Notes under the pieces: model-generated
The model's input: the letters and a program-made list of their open reading frames with translations, nothing else
Databases searched by the model: none
What the model was told of the DNA's origin: nothing
Shown: in pieces, positions 48,738-56,059 of the stretch
Position numbering within the stretch: the stretch's first letter is position 1
How the letters are laid out: each line of letters opens with the position of its first letter
Program-made: the position numbers and the translations under genes
Assembly: GCA_000934665.2 (NCBI GenBank)
Contig: KZ538774.1
Coordinates: forward strand, 1 to 56,059
Source of the DNA: Catajapyx aquilonaris
Lineage: Eukaryota
Length of the DNA stretch: 56,059 nucleotides
Direction: 5' to 3'

Positions 48738-49795
48738 ACTTCGTAGGAGTTATTGCTTCATTACGAGGGGACCTATGAACATGTTCATAACACATAATAT
48801 TGAACATAATTTCATGTAGGGTGACACAATTTCCAAATCTCCAAAAAAGAAGGGCATAGCCCATAGATGCTCTGTATAGGCTGTGTACAATACACAATAT
48901 TATACTAATGAATACGCCTTTTTACTTCATCATAACCGAATCTACGATTTCATACGTCGTATTTAATGTCTCTGTCTCTATAAAGTTAGTCATGCACAAT
49001 AGTTTCAGATCTATCTGTTCTCTTCCTCAGATGCAGGACAGAGCTCCTGCTCACATAAATCGCCTGGAGGAGGAGCAAGAAATGCAGAGAAGAACGCTTG
49101 AAGGTATATTGCAGCACCATCATCACCGTCATCACCGTCATATATATACCTAGCAGAATCTACATTTATGTGCGATTATGCAGATTAACTTTTTTAATAT
49201 AATGCGTGTTGTGCCCATATCTGTGGATCGGAAAAAACAAAAACAAGCTTGCTAATAAAGAACCTTAATTATCCCTCAATAAATTCTTCCTCGTTGAGAT
49301 TCCAGGTCAATTACGAGTAATTTCGGTGTGCCAGGTCTTCGGGTGCCAGGTCTTCAGGGAGGCAAGTACAGTATATTATTAAGGAAATTTAGAATCAAAA
49401 AGGCTTCAATTTTATAGCATGTCATTGCATCTAAACATTAAAATCCGTTACTCAAGTATTCGTTCGAGTTAAACATTGGCCTGTATTACAGTACTAGCTA
49501 ATTACCTGCATATACAGTAGATGTTTGTCATGTGTTGCATTGGTCCAGTGGCTAATATGGTGCTAATAATGGCTAAAAAAATTGAATCTAGAAAATGTGC
49601 GTCATAGCCGATTTTGAGACAACCCAGTTATTTTTTCTTATTTTTCTTTTCTTTTCTTTTCTTTCTTTAGATATACCCCGTGCTAGAGCCATGGGCTCTC
49701 TTAGGAGAGTGGATTACCACTATCGTGCAGGGACAGGATAGGGATAGGATGTGCAATGGAGACAACCCAGTTCACAACTGCATCAGATACTATCA

Positions 49796-49997
49796 GGGCA
49801 TTTCCATGATGCATCCGTCCGTTCGTAACACAAGTTTTGCCTACGTGCACAACTGTATTTTATTATAACAATGACAGGATGCATGCACTGGGATTTCATG
49901 CAATGTGTGTGTATTGTTACAATAAAATATGCTAGTACATGTCTGCAAAACCTGTGTTACGAACGGACAGTATGTCTGTGTTTGCGTGGAAATGCCC
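49796..49997. mobile_element. Fold-back MITE with GGGC...GCCC termini (PIF/Harbinger-like)
   Basis: GGGCATTTCCA / TGGAAATGCCC termini; internal arms GTCCGTTCGTAACAC / GTGTTACGAACGGAC; ATCA on both flanks. Confidence 0.65.
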
Positions 49998-50118
49998 ATC
50001 AATCATGTTGAACCATTCGCAATGCTTATAAAAACCAGGAACCTCCCATTAAATGTGCATAATAAATGTTTCAAACAGTGAGCATTATTATGAGGTTGTT
50101 ATATCCGGATTCAACTGT

Positions 50119-50190
<72 letters not shown>
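50119..50190. repeat. (ATG)n microsatellite
   Basis: Pure run. Confidence 0.97.
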
Positions 50191-50809
50191 TTAGTTCTAA
50201 CTAATGTCATTTTGCATAAGTAACGTAGGCTACATAATGCAGTACACAATTTGCATTTTTTCTGCGCCTTAATTGCAGTATCATAGTCCAGGCAACAAAG
50301 GGAAAATGGAGAAAATAAATTGTGTAGTTTTGAAATTTGGCACAGTTGTGGGGGGAGGGGGGGGGGTGCCCTAAACGACATACTAAAGTCCTGGCGGGTG
50401 GGGGGTAGAGGGGGGGGGGGGTTAACGGTTGTTCTTTTAGGTTTTTCTTGAATATCTCAAAACATAAGGGTTCTAGTAAGAAACATTTTATGTACAAAAT
50501 TAAACTACATTATTTTAATGTCCTACAAAACTGTCCTCTATATGTTTTCTGTAGGATCAATAGTTCACAAGATACAGGGGGATGGAAAAGTGCATATTTC
50601 GAAAAGGTGGTTGAAAATATTAGTTTTAGTTTTTAAAAAGGAAGTTTTTATTACAATGGTGGCTATTAACTATAATATTATAACCGTAACACATTATATC
50701 TACATAAAAGTATGGTTGGAAGTAATTTTGGTGACATCAAGCAATCTAAAAAGAACGTAGTCTTGCCATTGGCCTATGTGAGTAATGCCATCAAATTGAC
50801 CAATGTGAC

Positions 50810-51855
50810 AGTGGTGGTTGACCCTCAAATGATTTTCCAGAGCCATTATTGCAAAAAAGAGTGATGAAGATGTTGTGGATTTTTTAAGGTATGAGTTATC
50901 CCCATTCCCATTGGCCCTCTGCAATGAGGGTGGAATGGGGAAGTCGGACGAAGTCATCACTCTATCCTGCTGAGAGTAGTACAACTATGGACCTTAAAAT
51001 GATTATCAACGTTGTAGATTGTGTCTTCCTCCTTCACAGTGTGAAATGGAATGTTGGCTGGAAGTATTCTTCTATTTGTGATCAGTATGTAGCTCATCTG
51101 TCAAAACTGCAGTGGTCAAAACTGCAGTGGTTTTTGACGGTTGCAGTGATGTCAACAGTACAAAGCTAGCAGAACAGAGGCGAAAAGGCACCACGAAAAC
51201 TTCGGTTGATATTAATTTTGATGAGAACATGCATGTCACTGCTGTTCAACAGGAACATTTTCTTGCTAATGGAAACAATAAGACCAGGCTTATTCAATAT
51301 TACTAACACAGAAAATGGCTGCTAAAGGAGTTGAAACGAGAGTCGCTACAGGGGATGCTGATACTACTATTGTGAGATGTGGGTTAGAGAAAGCAGCTCC
51401 CACTGTTGCTATAATAGGGGAAGACGTCGACTTATAAGTTTGCAAAGAAGGCGATTAATGCTATGAATACATCGCTTTGACACCACCAGAAAGTAACATT
51501 TCTTTCATGAAGGGGAAAAGTATAATCTAAATTAATTTAGATGAGAAAACTGCAGCAAGAACTCCATGCCTTTAGTGGATGCGACACAACCTCAGCTATT
51601 TATTTTAAAAAAAAGCAAAGCAACAATGGTTACATTGTTCACAAGACAATTGAGCCAGATGAGAGACACTGCTACCATCTTTCATGACCCCTCATCGACA
51701 CCAGATGCTGTCTCACAAGTAGGTGAGATGTTCCTCGCTGTAGGCTATACAAAGCCCCTGCAAATGTTCATTCCTTGAATAACCATCGGTATGCAGTATT
51801 TCTTAAATTATCAACCAAGGCCAAATCTGATTTCTCCTCACTTCCTCCAACAACT
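50810..51855 (+). mobile_element. Degenerate transposon gene with XPG/PIN-like nuclease motifs (Academ-like)
   Basis: Frameshifted, ordered motifs: VDPQMIFQ, YELSPFPLAL, VVFDG (~51130), FLANGNNKTRLI, GDADTTIV (51351), GEDVDL, HAFSGCDTTS (51565), LPPT. Confidence 0.6.
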
Positions 51856-52816
51856 TCCTCCTGTCTCTGTCGCTCTTCTCTCACTCACTCACTCACTCAC
51901 ACACACTCTCTTCTCTATCTCTCTTCTCTCTCTCGTTCGGATAAGATAATAAGACCACATTTTGACCTATTTTCAGTATAATTTTCATCAACACAGAGCT
52001 CCAATCGATTTGTATGCAGGAAATGCCCCTCATTGAGATGTAACTTTTGCAAAGGTTACCTAACAATGCACATAATGCCTTTGGATGCCGTGTTTTAAAA
52101 GGATAGGTCAATATGCAATGTTCTCATTCAAATATAATAATTGAGAACTAAGTACACTTACTTATTGAGTTTTTAAAAGTTGTACTATCTCAGGTTTCTT
52201 ATCTAAAATTAGAGGAAGTAAGGAAGGGTGGGGATTGTCAGTATGGCTACTATGGCAGTCTCTGTGACACGGCATGAGGAGGGGTTCAGCTAATGCTGCA
52301 TTCTAAAATCGCAGTGAAACTAAGGTACAACATTTACTGCATCTTTACTGAGAGGCTTAAATGACACCAATTATGTTGCTAAGGGCTGCCATGGCCAGAA
52401 ATCTGTCTTGCAGTTGCCCCATCCTAATACCCAAGAATTATATTCACATTGTAGATTACATGAACCTGGGAGGATCCTAAATTATGAGCAAGAGAAATAT
52501 GTGGCAGGGACTGATACGGAGTGCTGGCACATAATATGCGGATTCATAAAACCTTACAAACTCAAACTAATAAGTGCGACACACTCTATGGATGACTCCT
52601 TGTTGGACTTATTTACCTACTTTAAAAAAAAAAAACATTCATCATCATATGATCAAAGAAGGCAAAGTATATGACCCTTGTCATTGGGGTGGAAAAAATC
52701 AGAATAACTTCTAGTGCAAGTTTCTGCCTCTTCTTTCAGCTTGATACAACGAAACTTTTCATGCGGTTATGGTGCATGTTTTCCTGTAAGGTCCAATCTT
52801 TCCATTCACATCCATG

Positions 52817-53965
52817 GTAGCGTCCCAAGGCAAAAGGCAGTATCTGCATTTTTCATCATATTCTAGTTTTTGTTCGCACCTGAATGCGCCTGTGAAACTG
52901 CACATATGAAGCCTACTGCCATGGGCGTAAGACGATCCGTTCAGCCAATTTGGAGATGGCAAAAGGCAGTATTAGCAGAAAAATCATTCTTGCCCCAAGG
53001 CAAAGAGCAGTATATGCAAGCAGCCAATCAACGTCCGGCATTCAGGCAGCCGATGGTATACATGGATGCATCGAGAAGTCAGTCTGAAAAATGCGGAATG
53101 TCTATGACTTTCGAGATTTTGTGACTGCCTGTCAGCAAGCAGCTAAAGGGATTATACCGGTCCTGTTGACTGAGAAAGACATTTACAGTTACGATGTCAT
53201 TCATCGCGTTCGAAGGGCACACGATGAATGTCTGCCACTGCTGAATACAGTTTGTGCTGTGAAGTTTACACGTTATTCTGGGGGATTTGCTTACAAGTGT
53301 GAGTTCGACAACGATTACATTGTTCTGCCAAAAACAGCGGTTGTGAAGAAAACAGCAAAAGTCATATTGCCCCGGGAGAGCAAGCAAGGCATCCCTCGAG
53401 GAATCCCTCCAGAGAAGAAGCGGCGCTTGGTCCAGAAACTACTTTCAAAAATGCCAGAAAACCGACGAGATTTCTGGAATGCAATGCCCGAGAATGATTT
53501 GAGTCGAGATTTGTGTGATTTTCTGCATGATTAAATATATGTATTGAAAAGCACAGGGATATAAGTCTTGTAGGGTAAACGGAGGAATAAAGTATACTAC
53601 TATGTTGTATAATATTGTATGCATGTTTTTTGACGGAATATTAGTGTCTTCCCTGTGACAGATATTCTTCAAGACTTCCACTTCAAAGCGTGGCATAAGG
53701 CAGTATTTGGTACATGCAGCTTCTGACATTGGATAGTGTGCACGTGTACCTCTGGCAAAAGGCAGTATTTACAAAATTGTCTGAAGGAGTTATGTCACCT
53801 TTGAAATATGTCTTCCGTTGAATTAGGCGCTAAAACATACATGTGCCATCTTATTTTCATTTTGGTAGCTCTTACTGTATGCGAAAAAAATGATGTTGAA
53901 CTTCAAGTGCCTTTTTCTCGGAACACGAAAAAGTGCAGATACTGCCTTTTGACTTTGGACGCTAC
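52817..53965 (+). mobile_element. DNA transposon with ~35-bp TIRs carrying a transposase C-terminal fragment (Sola-like, inferred)
   Basis: TIRs GTAGCGTCCCAAGGCAAAAGGCAGTATCTGCA / TGCAGATACTGCCTTTTGACTTTGGACGCTAC; CATG duplicated at 52813-52816 and 53966-53969; empty site at ~55278 in the paralogous copy; ORF 53091-53534 (VYDFRDFV...PRGIPPEKK...FWNAMPEN). Confidence 0.85.
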
Positions 53966-54589
53966 CATGGCCCTCACCCTAAAGTTGTATGTTGTTCCTC
54001 CTGTTCCCAACTGAAATTAAATGAATGAATGAATAAAAATAAATGCAATAAAAAACAAAATGAATAAATTAAACGCTATTAACAATGAGGGTAAACACGT
54101 ATGTGATCAGAATTCATTTGCACTTGAATCCTCGCACAATTCACTTGATTTTTTTAAACCAACAAACTAATTGTAAGTTTTGAACATTTGCATTTGAGCA
54201 TTTTGAAACTAAGGTCCAATGAGCTGGGAAATAAAAACAAGTGTGATGAAAAATATTTTAATACTAAGAAATTGATACATATTTGTGCCACTTCTCCAGA
54301 CCCAGTTGCCTCCTTGTCACCAGCTTTTGTACACCTTCCCCATAAAAGGTTGTCACCTACGTACTATGCTTTTGTATCGACATCAATTTGTCAATCTTGA
54401 AAATTTTGACACCATTTCCAAACCGTACTGTCACTCATGCACTTAATGAACATGTGGTTGGGTGGGAAGTGGTTTGAGAATAAAGCTGAAAAGGTCTGTG
54501 ATAGGTTGGCTAAGTATAAAAGGTGTACTAGCTCAGGTTTCTTATCTTCTAAAATTAGAGGAAGTTAAGGAAAATATAAATGAGGAGAC

Positions 54590-54699
54590 CAGGGATGGAA
54601 AAATAACCGCTTCTTGGAAGGAAGCGGTTCTTTTTTCCATGTTCAGGGTTGGAAAAAAGAACCGCTTCCTTCCAAGAAGCGGTTCTTTTTCCATCCCTG
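54590..54699. mobile_element. 110-bp palindromic hAT-type MITE
   Basis: CAGGGATGGAAAAA ... TTTTTCCATCCCTG flanked by a perfect 8-bp TSD GAGGAGAC (54582-54589, 54700-54707). Confidence 0.88.
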
Positions 54700-55362
54700 G
54701 AGGAGACTCATCCATACAAGAAAAAGAAGGGTGGGAATTGTCAGTATGGCAGTCTGTGACATGGCATGAGGAGGGGTTCAGCTAATGCTGCATTCTAAAA
54801 TCGCAGTGAAACTAAGGTACAACATTTACTGCATCTTTACTGAGAGGCTTAAATGACACCAATTATGTTGCTAAGGGCTGCCATGGCCAGAAATCTGTCT
54901 TGCCCCATCCTAATACCCAAGAATTATATTCACATTGTAGATTAAATTAACCTGGGAGAGAAATTTATGTGGTAGGGAAGGGGAAATGTAGACTGATATG
55001 GAGTGCTGTCACATATGCGGATGCAGAAAATCTTACAAACTCAAACTAAGTGCGACACACTCTATGGATGACTCCTTGTTGGACTTATTTACCTACTTAA
55101 AAAAAAAAAAACATTCATCATCATATGATCAAAGAAGGCACCCTTGTCATTGGGGTGGAAAAAATCAGAATAACTTCTAGTGCAAGTTTCCGCCTCTTCT
55201 TTCAGCTTGATACAATGAAACTTGTCATGCAGTTATGGTGCAAGTTTTGCTGTAAGGTCCGATCTTTCCATAGACATCCATGGCCCTCACCCTAAAGTTG
55301 TACGTTGCTTCTGTTCCCAACTGAAATTAAATGAATGAATGAATAAAAATAAATGCAATGAA

Positions 55363-55366
<4 letters not shown>

Positions 55367-55409
<43 letters not shown>

Positions 55410-55576
55410 TGACATTTCCCTATGAGGGGTAGTCAGCGATGAAGGGAGACGCTAGCTAACCCAACATATATGAACTAATGAAACTCATGAAAAAAAACCT
55501 AAAAACAACCCGTCCCACCCCCCACCCCTGCCCACCTCAGAAACAGACACTCAATAATAAATTTAAATATTACACT
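55367..55576 (-). mobile_element. 5'-truncated LINE 3'-UTR insertion with (GTT)n tail
   Basis: 14-bp TSD ATGCAATGAAAAAC (55353-55366, 55577-55590); (AAC)n at the left end; shares CCCACCCCTGCCCACCTCAGA with the LINE at 55708. Confidence 0.8.
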
Positions 55577-55619
55577 ATGCAATGAAAAACTAAATGAATA
55601 AATTAAACACTATTAACAA

Positions 55620-55707
55620 NNNNNNNNNNNNNNNNNNNNNNNNNNNNNNNNNNNNNNNNNNNNNNNNNNNNNNNNNNNNNNNNNNNNNNNNNNNNNNNNN
55701 NNNNNNN
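55620..55707. other. Assembly gap (N run)
   Basis: 88 Ns. Confidence 0.99.
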
Positions 55708-56059
55708 CCCACCCCTGCCCACCTCAGACATCACCTTATCCTCAGACATATTTACCTATTTACCCATTAATTAACCTACGCCATTTACACCTATCCAAAC
55801 AAACAACCCTAGCCTCAGCCACGTCCATGGTCCTATTGACACAAGAACGTCTCGGCTTAACACTAGCAACACCCTTAAGACACTGACCCACCTGGTCCAA
55901 CCATGTCTTCCTAGGCCTACCCTTGACCCTCTTACCAACTACTCCACCCATATAAACCTTCCTCACAATCTCCTCCTCCTTCATCCTCTCCACATGGCCA
56001 AACCACCTTAGAGTAGACCTACACACCTTATCTTTAACAGTCTCCTTAACATTACACCT
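55708..56059 (-). mobile_element. RTE-type non-LTR retrotransposon, 3' end of ORF
   Basis: LRWFGHVERM...KRVKGRPRKTWLDQV...DRCKWRRL is the typical RTE-clade C-terminus; runs off the window edge. Confidence 0.88.

Larger units (their letters stand above)
52181..55619. repeat. Local tandem duplication: copy 1 ~52181-54085, copy 2 ~54524-55619
   Basis: Long near-identical blocks (e.g. GGCATGAGGAGGGGTTCAGCTAATGCTGCATTC... at ~52271 and ~54763) separated by copy-specific insertions. Confidence 0.9.

Overview
Eukaryotic (invertebrate, most likely arthropod-type) genomic DNA. Most of the window is one + strand gene for an unconventional myosin with a motor, 3 IQ motifs, an ER/K helix, a Pro-rich linker and two MyTH4-FERM cassettes. 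The best fit is class XXII. I could walk 27 coding exons by hand from 3759 to 41514 (6804 nt, about 2267 aa). Three 5' exons are largely invisible in the ORF track, and intron 2 (5234-11450) is a textbook minor-spliceosome (U12) intron. Upstream and divergent is a candidate two-exon 105-aa two-TM orphan gene. Downstream is a five-copy tandem array of alpha-arrestin (ARRDC-like) genes: one intact and lacking PPxY, one in-frame mini version and three broken. After it come a degenerate tRNA-Ala(TGC), an Academ/XPG-like remnant, a tandem duplication whose copies differ by TE insertions, and an RTE-type LINE 3' end. Introns are dense with MITEs and hairpins (Tc1/mariner, pogo, piggyBac, hAT). A 513-nt poly-A run and N-runs are probably assembly artefacts. 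I see no CRISPR-like or prokaryotic system. All family assignments come from motif recognition, not database searches.
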